A DNA stretch of 64,000 nt from contig NC_086108.1 of NCBI RefSeq assembly GCF_963921235.1, forward strand, positions 108,130,001 through 108,194,000, in the 5' to 3' direction. The translations under genes and the position numbers were made by a program. Source of the DNA: Mobula hypostoma. Taxonomy: Eukaryota. The notes under the pieces are model-generated. The model saw nothing but the letters and a program-made list of their open reading frames with translations, had not been told where the DNA came from and did not search any database. Positions 25,850-37,828 of the stretch are shown here, one piece after another. How positions within the stretch are numbered: position 1 is the first letter of the stretch; each line of letters starts with the position of its first letter.

Positions 25850-26044
25850 TGTGGCGACCCACTTTCTGGCACCCACGAACCGGCTCACGAAACAGCGCGC
25901 GCGGGCAGAGGGCGGGCAGCAAAAAGGGCGGGAACGGGAAGGCTTTAAAGCGGGCCGCGAAGTTTGAATAAACCTCTTTCATCGCAACTCCAACTCACCG
26001 ACTCCGTGTGGTTATTCTGGCGCTGTGTGTAGCACACCGCTACA
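25850..26044 (+). repeat. 3' LTR (195 bp)
   Basis: Direct repeat of 23370-23564. Confidence 0.95.
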
Positions 26045-27759
26045 ATATTACTATTTAACTATTTATGGTTTTATTACTATTTATTATTTATGGTGCAACT
26101 GTAACAAAAAACAATTTCCCCCGGGATCAATAAAGTATGACTATGACTATATATTTATTTAGGGTAGCATAAGTAGTACAAAAATAAAAATAAAAAAAAA
26201 GTAGTGAGGTAGTGTTCACTGTCCATTCTGAAATCGGATGGCAGAGGGGAAGAAGCTGTTCCTGAATCATTGAGGGTGTGAGTGTGCCTTTAGGCTCCTG
26301 TAGCTCCTTCCAGATGGCAGCAATGAGAAGAGGACAAGTCCTGGGTGGCAGGGGTCCTGAATGAGGCATCACTCTATGATGATGTCCCCGGTGCTGAGAA
26401 GGCGAGTGCCAATGATATGCTATCCTCCTTTCCTCCACCCACCTTCGTTTACTGGCCTCTGCCCCCTTCCTTTCCAGTCCTGATGAAGGGTCTCGTCTCG
26501 ATACATAGACAGTTTATTCCTCTCCACAGATGATGCTATCTGACCTTCTCTGATACTGTGCGCGCGCTTGTGTGTGTGTTGCTCTAGATTTCCAGCATCT
26601 GCAGAATCTCATGCGTTTTAATTTTTTTTCACTGAACTGCACTGCAACTGTCTTGGAGCTTGGTTGTGTCCTTTGCAATTCAATCTTCGATCTGTGACTG
26701 AAAATTCAAAACTGCTTTCTGAGTTTGATAACTGCTGTGAATAATTATTTCAGCTAAGTGGACTATTTCCCCAACTGTGGCTCAGCAGGAAAGAAAAGAG
26801 TGCAAGGAGATTTGCCTTTAATTATCTATTCCCTTATAAAATGTAATACTCTTATTAAAAACCTTGTTTCTTATTCTGCACAGCTGAGATGCAGAAGGTT
26901 CTGAGGACTCGGATTGTGCTCATTTAATGGGATTGACATTCCATGCTGTTTGTAGCTGGGGTTCTGTGAATAAATTGTGAAGTGATTGAAGCTTCTTCAT
27001 TATGCGAGTATGATACGGTCTTTTCGATGCTCTGGTGCATTCTGGGTTTGGAAGACGCCATGCTTTCAGGCTGCCTCCTCTCAGCAGAGGCTCCCAGCGT
27101 AGCTTCTCACCCACTCAGGGTACTTAATTGGAAGATACGGAGCGGGAGTCCTGTCGCAGTTCGTGATCTACAGCTGCAGTCAAACTGTGGCTCTTCATGC
27201 AGTGGTTTCCTGCTTGGGAGCTTGCCAACTGGCCCAGCATTTTCAGTATCGCCAGAAGTGACCTCCAAGACGTGTGCCTTTGGGGTGTGTCCGTCCCTGC
27301 AGACGATCCGATTCCTCACCCGTGTTGCTGACTGAAGTGTCGCAGGAGATCGGAACATCAAGGCGGCAGTGTTCACTACTGTCAAAATAGGTGATGATGC
27401 AGACTGTGACATAGAAACAGCGAGTTGGTGGTCTCCCTCTCTCTGTGGCGGGAGTGATACCTCTCTCCGTCGTTAGTGAGAGAGAGTCTGTGGTATGTGG
27501 AAGTGTTGGGATGGGCAGATTTTCTTTAAGAGGCTCTAGATCATGGTCTCAGGTTGTATACTGTATACATTTTCTGACATTAAATTGAACCGTTGAGGCA
27601 CTGTTGGGAAGGTTCTCACTCTATATTGAATGATCATTAGGTGAGGTAATAAGAAGATCATCTAGCATTTATTTACGCTCCTGTTCTTTGGGACTTGATG
27701 AAATTGGCCACTGCATTTTCCATACAGAAGCAGAGACTGCACATCAAGACCATCAAAGA

Positions 27760-28203
27760 TTCTCCCGATGTTGGAGATCTCGAGCAACACACACCCACAC
27801 AGTGCTGGAAGAACTCAGCAAGTCGGGCAGCGTCTCTGGAGGGGAATAAACAGTCGGCGTTTCAGGGCTGGAAATGAAGGAGGAAGAAGCGAGAGTAAGG
27901 TGGTGGGGGAGGGGAAGGAGTACAAGCTGCCAGGTGACAGGTGAGTCTAGGTGAGGGGCTGAAGAAAAAATGATCTCATTGGAGAGGAGAGTGGACCATG
28001 GGAGAAAGTCAAGGAGAAGGAGAACTCAAGGGAGGTACTAGACAGGTTAGGAGAAGAGGTGAGAGGGGAACCAGAATGAGGAATGGACAGTGAAAAGGGA
28101 GGAGGAGGGAGGAATTACCTTAGGTTAGAGAAGTCGATGTTCGTGCCATCAGGTTGGAAGGTACCCAGGTGGAAAAAGAGATTATGCTCCTCCAATCTGA
28201 GTA
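27760..28203 (-). mobile_element. Old PLE 3' fragment
   Basis: gcaacacac...tgctggaagaactcagc...aaacagtcggcgtttc end, purine-rich UTR and ...gttcgtgccatcaggttgg end of the GIY-YIG. Similar fragments at about 6985-7230, 26420-26615(+), 31395-31515, 33320-33400, 44485-44586, 44765-44910(+), 45040-45170(+), 54635-55070, 56198-56530 and 59970-60066(+). Confidence 0.7.
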
Positions 28204-31200
28204 TATCAAGAGTCTTTGAAATTATTTCTAACTGTGGCAGCCTTGATGTGTTTGAGTCTCATAGAAACGAGTAAACCCTTCCTTCCAAATACCCAAGAGA
28301 TTCTGCGGATGCTAAAATGCTGAAGATCAGGCAGCGTCCATGGAGGGGAGTAAGCATTTCCTTTACTGTATATTTGCCTCCATAGATGCTTCCTGAGCTG
28401 TCAAGTTCCCCCAACATTTTGTCTGTGTTTCCTCCATTCATCCCTCGGCCCCCCCCCCATTCACTTCCAATATATGCTTACACTCCACACCTCATATCTA
28501 CACTAACCGAGTCACTGACCTACTGTGTTTTCATTTGACCTACTGCCACCTGGAAGAGATCCTCTTGACAAGAATCACTTTGTGACCTTATCCTTTCCCG
28601 TCAGAGTCACCTCGTGTACAGATACCCCTGCACCCAGTGTCACTTTGTGTACGCACAATCAGTCTACGTACATAGGCTAATCTTGTGTATATACGGCCAC
28701 ACTCAATAGTTACGAGTGCATTCTGTTTTTTAGATTTACTTTTATACTTATATTTATTGTGTTTTTTATTATATTCTTTATGCTTTTTGCATATTTTTAT
28801 GCTGCATCGGATCCTTTACCCTTGCACGCTGAAGAATCACAATAAACAATCTTGAATCTTGCCAGCATGACAATTATTGCCCCCTAGTTCAGTGAATCAA
28901 TTTTGCCATCCTGTTCAAACTGGTTTAAATTTTGAGTCCCAACTGTCTTGTGTGATAAACAGCACTGTTCCCCGTGGCACTCAGATACAACTGAGAGGGT
29001 CATTAGACCATAAGAGCAGAATTAGGTCATTCGGCCCATTGAGTCTGGTCCACCATTCCAGAATGGATGATTTATTATCCCTCTCAACCCCATTCTCCTG
29101 CCTTTGACACCCCGACTAATCAAGAACCAATCAACCTCTACTTTAAATATACCCAATGACTTGTCCTCCACAGCCATCTGTTTCAATAAATTCCACAGAT
29201 TCACCAGCCTTTGGTGAAATAAATTCCTTCTCATCTGTGTTCTAATGGAAGATCCCTCTATTCTGAGGCTGTGCCCTCTGGTCCTTGACTCTCCCCACAT
29301 CTTCCCTATCGAGGCCTTTTAGTATTTGGTAGATTTAGGTGAGATCCCCCTCGTTCTTCTAAACCCCAGCAAGTTCAGAACCAGAGCCATTGAAACGTCA
29401 TTTCCTTCATCCTTTGGAACTACGCTAAATTTTAGTTGACCTCCTGGAGATATAGAAAGGTGCAACACAGAAAGAGGCCTATCGCCCCACCAAACTCATG
29501 CTAACCATCGATGCCATCTTCTATTCCACCAATATTCCCATCAATCCTCCCCACCCAAATTCTATCACTCACTTGGGGTCATTAGCAGTGGCTGACTAAC
29601 TTACCAACCTGCATGTCTTAGGGACTTGGGAGGAAATTGGGTCACCACGAAGAATCACGGGCAGAATGTGCAAACTCCACACAGACAGCAACCGGGACTC
29701 TGGCACTCTGAGGCAGTGGGCTCTACCAGCTGAGTCACTGAGCCGCCCACAGTGCTCTGAGAGGTGACAATGGAAAATTCAGGTTCAAATTCTGCTCAGT
29801 ACTGGGCACACTTCATCATGAGAGCATGGATTAAAAATTAAAGCCATAATGCATCACCGGCAGCAGCCTACCCACCATCAAGAACATTTATACAGAAAAG
29901 GGCCAGTTACATCATGAAGGATCCCACCCACCCTGCTCATGGACTGTTTGTCTCACTCCCGCAAGGGAGGAGGCTACGTAGCATCCACGCCAGGACCACC
30001 AGACTCAAAAACAGTTACTTTCCCCAAGCAGTAAAGGTGATCAACACCTCCACTCACTAACCTCACCCCTCCAAGTCCCACCACCAGTATTTACCCATCA
30101 CCTAACATCACGTTAGGTACACGCAGTCTGTGTATGTAACAGTTGCTTGTATATTTTTAATGGGATTGTTTTTATATTTTTATCTATTTGGGGTTTATTT
30201 TTCATTTTTGTATTGTGTGTTTTATGCTTATTATGTTTTTTTGCACTTCATCAGATCAGGAATAACAATCATTTCATTCTCTTTTACACTTGTACACTGA
30301 CGAATTGCAATAAAACAATCTTGACTCTTAAATCTTTAATCTCGACAATCTCTCATGTACGCAATGGTCACCATAAACCTTGTGTTTGCTAACGTGACAA
30401 TTTGTGTCCCCTGGTTCAGTAAATACATTTTCCCATCCTGTTGGAAAAAGGATGCAAATCATCTTTTTCAAATTTTATTCAAATGGAATTTTATTTTCCA
30501 TAAAATCTGTGGCTTTTACACTTTATTCTGTATCCTGTTATAGTTTTACTGTGTTCTACCTCAATGCACTCAGTAATGATCTGAACAGTATGCAAGACAA
30601 GTTTTTCACTGTATATCCATACATGTGACAATGATAAACCAATTCCAATTCTAGTCATGGAATTATTATTTGGTTAATGAGTGGCCATTCTACTCATAAA
30701 ACTTCGAGAGGGTGCAAAGGAAGTTTATGAAAATTATTCCAGGATTGAAAGACTTGTTACATGTGGAGCGTTTGACGGCTTTGGACCTTTACTCACAGGA
30801 ATTCAGAAGAATGAGGGGTGACCTCATTGAAACCTAGTGAATGGTGAAAGGCCTCGAAAGAGTGAATGTGGAGAGGGTGTTTTCTATGGTGGGGGAGTCT
30901 AAGACCAGAGAACATAGCCTCAGAATAGAAAGGTGTCCATTTAGAAGGGAAATGAGGTAGAATTTCTTCAGCCGGAGAGTGATGAATCTCTGGAAGTTGT
31001 TGCCATAGGCAGCTGTGCAGGCCAAGTCATTGAGTATATTTAAGGCAGAGGTGGATAAAGTCTTGATTAGTAAGTGCCTGCAGATATGTATTATATGTAA
31101 GGCAGGGGATGATGGATTTTTGATTTGACAGGGCATGAAGGGATAGGCGAAGAAGGCGGGAGATTGGGGCTGAGAGGGAAAATTGGATGAGCCATAATGA

Positions 31201-32084
31201 AGCCAAATGATGGGCCAAATGGCCCAATTCTGCTCCTATATTTTATGGTCCTTTGGTTCAATGAAAGAGTAATACTAATACCAAATTTCCTTGATTATAC
31301 TTGGCAACCCAGCCTACCTAAACCTCTTCGGTAGACAGTACCAAAGGATCAACACCATCGAGATGTTTATTACTTACTCATTCTTGGAGCTATAAGAGAC
31401 TGCAGATGTTGAAATCAGGAGCAAAGAGCAAACTGTTGGAAAGACACAACAGGCTGAGCAGCACCTATGGAGGCAAAGGAATGGTCAATGTTTCAATTCT
31501 AGACCTGGATCACCACTAGTGTTATCGTCTTTCTCCTGCTTGACCAACCCGTTGTTTATGAGACAGTGACCTGCAGCCTAACAGAGAAAAGGAGTGCCTT
31601 ACACCTCCTTTGGTAGAGATGTATCTTCACCCCACCTCCCTTTGTCAACAGTACCTGGCCATAACCCTGAATACTTAGTCTTATGGTCCTCTGTCCTTCC
31701 ATTCACCTCTCACCAGGATTGGTTTCTTTGCCTCAACAGAGGAACTTTGCCTCAACTGAGGAATAAAATTCTACAGAAAGAACTTGATGCTGAAGTATTT
31801 TTCAGCGGAATGTTTGATTTTATTCTGTTATTCCTGAGGGCAAGACTGAACTGCACTGCTGAGCTTAATGACCAAATCAATGCACAGGATTTGTTTTTTT
31901 GTTTTCTCATTCCAACAGACCATGACGGGACACAGTCAGTGCACAGAGGGGCTGTAAATATAGAAGACTGGTGCTCTGTGTCTGAGTACTAAAGTCAGCA
32001 CTGACAGCACTCTTTGTTTGCTGAATACTTCTCGCAGGAAGATCGCGGGGCAGATAGCAACCGGTATTTACTGAGTACAGAGCT

Positions 32085-32283
32085 AGCCGGTGGTGTAGTG
32101 CCATCCACACCGGACTCCGAGGTGTGTGGTCCTGGGTTCGAATCTGCTCGGCTCCTTACACACTTTCCATGCATGCTGGGTTGAGCATCGAGCTAGCAAC
32201 TCAGCCTTGTAAAAAACGGACAAATGCTAAAGAAACCATAAGTTTACCACCCAATGCGCCACAAGGCGTGGAGAGGAACAACA
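32085..32283 (+). mobile_element. Second tRNA-derived SINE family (about 200 bp)
   Basis: ggtggtgtagtg...gggttcgaatc head and ...atgcgccacaaggcg...gaacaac tail; homologous copies at about 47378-47585 (+) and 60078-60262 (-). Confidence 0.7.
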
Positions 32284-32294
32284 GGAGATTAGAC

Positions 32295-32848
32295 TTTGGT
32301 GAGGCCTAATCTGAAGTATTGCGTGCAGTTTTGGTCACCTACCTACAGCAAAGATGTAAATAAGGCTGAAAGGGAAAGTTTAGAAGGATGTTGCCAGGAC
32401 TGGAGGACCTGAGTTATAAAGAAAAGATTGAATAGTTAGGACTTTATTCCTTAGAATGTAGAAGATTGAGGGGAGATTTGATAGAGGTATTCAAAATTAA
32501 GAGGGGTATTGGATAGGATAAATGCAAGCAGGCTTTTTCCACTGAGGTTGGTGGGACTGCAACTCGAAGTCATGAGCTAAGGGTGAAAAGTGGAAAGTTT
32601 AAGAGGAACATGAGGGGAAACTTTACTCAGAGGGAGTGAGAGTGTGAAGTGAGCTGAAAGCACAAGTGATGCATGCAAGCTCGATTTCAATGTTTATGAG
32701 AAGTTTGGATAGGTACAACGATAGGAGGGGTATGGAGGCCTAAATGGTCCCGTTGCAGGTCAATAGGAGTAGGCAGTTTAAAAGGAATCAGCATGGACTA
32801 GACGGGCCAAAGGCCCTGTTTCTGTGCTGTACTTTTCTATGACTCTAT
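32295..32848 (+). mobile_element. CR1 LINE 3' fragment (second subfamily, ctatgact tail)
   Basis: ttggtgaggcctaatctgaagtattgcgtgcagttttggtcacc...gtactttctatgactctatga-type end; relatives at about 50750-51302, 56660-57260(-) and 60785-61281. Confidence 0.75.
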
Positions 32849-34344
32849 GATAGCAAAATTCTCGTCTGGTCCTCTCCCTTGCCCCTTTCCCATGTGAGCA
32901 GTGTGTGGGCTTGTCTGGCGCTCGCATTGAGTAAAACGTGTAATGTCTTGCACCTTTTTTATCAGCTCTTTCATGGCCTTTAAGGCTAAGATGCACAGAC
33001 TCATTATGGTTAAGATTGTCGAATAACATTTGGCAGCCTGTCCTGTCAGTCCAGAGGGAGTTGTTCAAATCATACCACAAATCTAAATTCGAACAACCAG
33101 GGAATCAAATGCTGGTGTTAATAACAGCGACGATTAAACTATTGGGAAAATATTAGAAGCTGTTACTAAGGAAGTAGCAACAGGTCATGGAAAATAATGA
33201 ATACGATGCAAAAGCCTCCATGAAAGGTTGTTATGCTCGACAAATTTGTTAGAGTCTTTTGTGACATTATGTTGTAAAGCAGAGATAAGGATTAATCAAT
33301 GAATATAGCCATACTAGAAGTGCGAGAGGAACTCAGTAGGTGAGGCAGCGTCCAGCGAATGAAGTGGACTGTCGACATTTTGGATTGGGATACTTCTATC
33401 CAACAAACTTAACTCTTCAGGGCGAACTAGGGACATGCAATGACTGACAACAAGGACACCTACGGAAGCTGATGCCTCAATTAGGCAGTATCCATTATAA
33501 AGGACCACCATCACGCAGGATGTGCCCTCTTCTCAGTGCTACCGTCAGGGAGGAGCTACAGGAGCCTGAAGACACACACTGAATGTTTCAGGAACAGTTT
33601 CTTCCCCTCTGCCATCAGATTTCTGAATAGACAATGAACCCATTAACATTACCTCACTGTATTTTTTTTGCTCTCTTTTTGTACTACTGTATTTTTTTAT
33701 ATATCTTTCTTATTGTACTTCATACTTCTTTATTATTATGTATTACAAAGTACTACTGCTACAAAATAACAGAATTCACAACATATACGAGTGATATTAA
33801 ACCATATTCTGATATGAATGATGGGGAGAGAGTACAAACCTCTTGCGGTCAGTGATGGGAGTTGAAACCCGATCAGTGATCCCTGGCAATGTGTAGCAAT
33901 GGCGCTAACTGCTTCAGTGCCGTGGCTCCCCCATTTCTGAAAATGTGACGAAGTTCCCTGACATTGCACACTGTATTCTCTACTGCAGAATTAAACTTAG
34001 TGCTGCAATTTGTTCTGACATCACTAGTTATTCTCTTCCCACTCTACACTTCCCAGACTCCAGTATTCACCCCCTAAAACCTTCCTGCTTTGTACTTCAA
34101 ACGTCAAACCCACTCTTTGATGAAACCTTTATTCAGCCTCCCTGCTTCCATCACTGGCCTGTTCACTTTTCCAATGTCTCCGTGGAGTTCTGTGAAGTAG
34201 CAGGTTTGTCTGATGCTATAACAGTGCCAGCTATAAGATCGAGGCTCGATTCCAAACCTATGTTTACGGAGTTTATTTGTTCTTGCCATCGCAGAGTGGG
34301 TTTCCTCCGGGTCCTCTGCTTTCTTCGCACGTTCAAAAGGCATG

Positions 34345-36066
34345 GGACATAGACATCCCAAAGCGGAAGAAGTATTCTAAAGGAAAGGTGACACAACCAT
34401 GACTGACAAGAGAAGTCAAAACCAACATAAAAGCCAAAGAGAGGACATAAAATACAGCAAAAGTTAGTGGGAAGTTAAAGGATTGGGAAGCTTTTAAAAA
34501 CCAAGAGATAGCAACTAAAAAAAGTTATTAAGAAGGTAAAGATGGAATCCGAAAGTAAGAGACCCAATAATATTAAAGAGGACACCAAAAGTTGCTTCAG
34601 ATACATACAGTGTAAAAGAGAAGCAGGAGTGGATATTGGACCGCTGGTAAATGATGCTGGAGAGGTAGTAATGGGGGATAATGAAACAGCAGAAGAAATG
34701 AATAAGTATTTTGCATCAGTCTTCACTGTGGAAGATACTAGCCTTAGGGTAGAAGTTCCAGGTCTCTGGGGACATAAGTTATGTGCAGTTACCATAATAA
34801 GAGAGAAGGTTCTTGGGAAACTGAAAGGTCTGAAGGTAGATTAAGTCTCCTGGACCAGATGGTGAAAGAGGTGGTTGAAGTGATTGTGTGGGTTCAGTAA
34901 TGATCGTTCAAGAATCACTAGATTCTGGAATGGTTCCAGAAGAATAGAAAATTGCAAATGTCTCTCCACTCTTCAAGAAGGGAGAGAGGCAGAATAAAGG
35001 AAACTATAGGCCAGTTAATCTGACCACAGTGGTTGGAAAGATGCTGGAGTCGGTTAGTAAGAATGAAGTCTCGGGGTACTTGTAGGCATGTGATAAAATA
35101 GGCCATAGACAGCGTGGTTTCCTCAAGGGGAAATCTTGCCTGACAAATCTGTTGGAATTATTTGAGGAAATAACAAGCAGGATAGACAAAGGAGAATCAG
35201 TTGATGTTGTGTACTTGGATTTTCAGAAAGACTTCAACAAGGTGTCACACATGAGGCTGGTAACAAGCTACAAGCCCGTGGTATTACAGGCAAGATTCTA
35301 GCATGCATAAAGTAGTGACTAGTGGTGTTCTGCAGGAGTCTGTATTGGGACCGATTCTTCTCACATTATATGTCAATGATTTAGATGATGGAATTGATGG
35401 CTTTGTTGCAGAGTTTGCAGATGATATGAAGATAGGTGGAGGGGCAGTTGTTTTGAGGAAATAGAGAGGCTACAGAAGGACAGACAGATTAGGAGAATGG
35501 GCAAAGAAATGGTAGAATGAATACAGTGTCGGGAAGTGTATGGTCATGCACCTCAGTAGAAGAAATGAAAGGGTTGGCTATTTTCTAAATGGAGAGAAAA
35601 TACAAATAACCTGAAGTGCAAAGAGACTTGGGAGGTCTTGTGCAGGATTCCCTAAAGGTTAATTTGCAGGTTGAGTCTCTGGTAAGGAAGCAAATGGAAT
35701 GTTAGCATTCATTTGAAGTGGACTAGAATATGAAAGCAAGGATGTAATGTTGAGACTTAATAAAGCACTGGTGAGCCTCAGCTGGAGTATTCTGAGCAGT
35801 TTTGGGCCTGTTATCATAGAAAGGATGAGCTGAAACTGGAGAGGGTTCAAAGGAGGTTCACGAAAATGATTCTAGGATTGAATGGCTTGTCACATAAAGA
35901 GCTTTTGAAAGACTGAGGGGTGACCTCATTGAAACCTATCGAATGGTGAAAGGGTGGATATGGAGAGGATGTTTCCTATGGTGGGCGAGTCTAAGACCAG
36001 AGGACACAGCCTGAGCTTTGTAGGCCAGATAGCCTAATCCTGCTCCTATATCCTATGGTCTTATGG
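34345..36066 (+). mobile_element. CR1 LINE ORF2 (RT) fragment, decayed
   Basis: Broken-frame motifs GNYRPVNLT, HGFLKGKSCLTNLLE-like, VDVVYLDFQK, FADDMKIG, LERVQRRFTKMI, followed by the CR1 3' tail. Confidence 0.9.
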
Positions 36067-36567
36067 TGTTATTCCGAGGACATAAGATTTAGAGTTGGTT
36101 AGTTGCGGCTATGCTTTGTTGGCATCGGATGCACGGTGACACATGTGGGCTCCCCAGCGCAATCCTCACTGAATCAATTTGACACAAATGGCGCATTTCG
36201 CCGTGTGCTTCGATGTGCATGTGACAAATAAAACTAATATCAGACTCTAGATCTAGGAGCAATGTCGGGCCAGTTGGCCCATCGAGTCTGTTCCGCCATT
36301 CCATCACGGCTGATCTATTATCCTTCTCAACCACATTCTCCTGCCTTCTCACCTTAACCTTTGACACCCCGACTGATCAAGAAACTCTCAACGTTCACTT
36401 TAAGTACACCCAATGACTTGGCTTCCACAGCCGTCTGTGGCAATGAATTCCACAGATTCACCACCCTCTGTCCTTCTCCACATTGGGCAGCAGAGTTTCG
36501 CAGCTCTAGAATCATGGTGTCACCTGAGGTGAAGATGCACACACTCATTGTGGTCATTGTTTTAGAG

Positions 36568-36648
36568 CAGGGGTTCTCAACCTGGGATCTATGGACCCCT
36601 TGCTTAATGGTATTTGTCCATGGCATAAAAACATTTGGGAGCCCCCTG
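36568..36648. mobile_element. Tiny hAT MITE, same family (81 bp)
   Basis: caggggttctcaa...ttgggagccccctg; flanks ttttagag / cttttgag. Confidence 0.65.
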
Positions 36649-37438
36649 CTTTTGAGGGATGCATTCCAACCACAGGTAGATGGAATACTGTAGATAGAAA
36701 TTTTGGTTCGCATGGTTGAGCTGTCTTGTTTTTTCCTGCTGTGTAACTCAGTGAATCAATCTTCAGCAATGCCGATGCTAATGCCCCTCCAGCTGCACTG
36801 TTCAGTGAGGGGGGAGGACGGGGACAATGTGGGTACTCTGATTTCCACAACAGGTGAGGTTGCCCACACACACTCTAAGTGTCTACCTAAAGGACTTTGC
36901 TCCCTTAGGACGAAGTTCAAAGTTTATTGTCATTCAACGCAGCACATATATTCAGCTGAACAAAACAACATTCCCCAGGGACCAAAGTACAAAACACAGT
37001 ACACATATCACATAGAGCACTTAACCCAATAATATTAACAGCCGAACAAAACTGTATTCTGCCGATGTACAAGTTGACAGAATGTGCATATATGACATCT
37101 GGTTAAATATAAAACTATGCATCCAATATGCACTTTATGTCAACTTGTTTCAAGATGTTAATTACACTGAAACTAGGGGCTTGTTATGAACTGACATGTT
37201 TCAACACACCTGGATCCTCTTGAAAGGAAGTCCTGATTTAATTAAAAGTCTAGTAAAGGACCTCAAAACAAAAGTTCTCTAATCTTGCCATCATTTTGAA
37301 TTGGTTTATTATTGTCACATGTACCAAGATTCGGTGAAAAGTTTGCCTTGCATAATGTTCATACAGATCAGATCATTACACAGTGAGGTGAGGTAGAACG
37401 AGGTAAAACAATAAAAGACTGCAGAATAAAGTGTAACA

Positions 37439-37639
37439 CACAAAATACTGGAAGAACTCAGCAGGTCAGGCAGCTTGTATTGAGGGGAATAAACAGTCGA
37501 TGTTTCGGGCTGAGACCCTTCATCAGGACATCTTGGCCTAAAACTGTTCATTCCTCTCCAGAGATACTGAGTTCCTACAGCTTTTTGTGTGTGTTGCTGT
37601 TTATTTCCAGTATCTGCAAAATATCTTGAGCTTATGAAG
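37439..37639. mobile_element. Older fold-back PLE-end insertion with 19-bp TSD
   Basis: tgcagaataaagtgtaaca at 37420-37438 and 37640-37658; minus arm with hammerhead core at 37494-37529, followed by a decayed plus arm. Confidence 0.8.
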
Positions 37640-37828
37640 TGCAGAATAAAGTGTAACAGCTACGGAGAAAGTGAAGTGCAGGTAACCAATAAAGTGCAAG
37701 ATTATAAGGAGGTAGGTTGTGATGTCAAGAGTCAAGCTTATCATCCCTGTTATCCTTCTATGCCTTGATGAGTGAAGTTTATAAATTCATGAGGAGGACT
37801 GATTGGGTACATCGACAAGTCTATTTCA

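Larger units (their letters stand above)
23370..26044 (+). mobile_element. Non-autonomous Ty3/Gypsy LTR retrotransposon (2675 bp), with protease active site and RT/RNase H deleted
   Basis: TG...CA LTRs, ATAT TSD (23366-23369, 26045-26048), PBS, PPT, gag, C-terminal protease remnant, RT N-terminus, and integrase in Gypsy order. Confidence 0.95.
23025..26150 (+). mobile_element. Rex/Babar-type LINE 3' end, split by the Gypsy insertion (parts 23025-23369 and 26045-26150)
   Basis: WGSRLRVADTNRINKLIRKA...LHAILDNVSHPLH...RCSTERHRKPFL..AIKLY. The 3' UTR reads ...tttacatat|tactatttaac... once the LTR element and one TSD copy are removed, and ends aataaagtatgactatgactat. Confidence 0.75.

Noticed and set aside
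23370..26044. Endogenous retrovirus, given the tRNA-Trp PBS
   Set aside because: No env, short LTRs, and gag/RT/integrase motifs are of the Ty3/Gypsy type.
26982..27412. Overlapping 117-aa and 101-aa ORFs
   Set aside because: No recognisable domain or splice structure; the region ends in a LINE-like tail.
31889..32070. Strong acceptor-like tract (ttgtttttttgttttctcattccaacag) as the signal-peptide exon
   Set aside because: The following ATG frame stops after 10 codons, with no hydrophobic signal peptide and no convincing donor.
32085..32160. tRNA genes at SINE heads
   Set aside because: A/B boxes only, no intact cloverleaf, and followed by SINE bodies.
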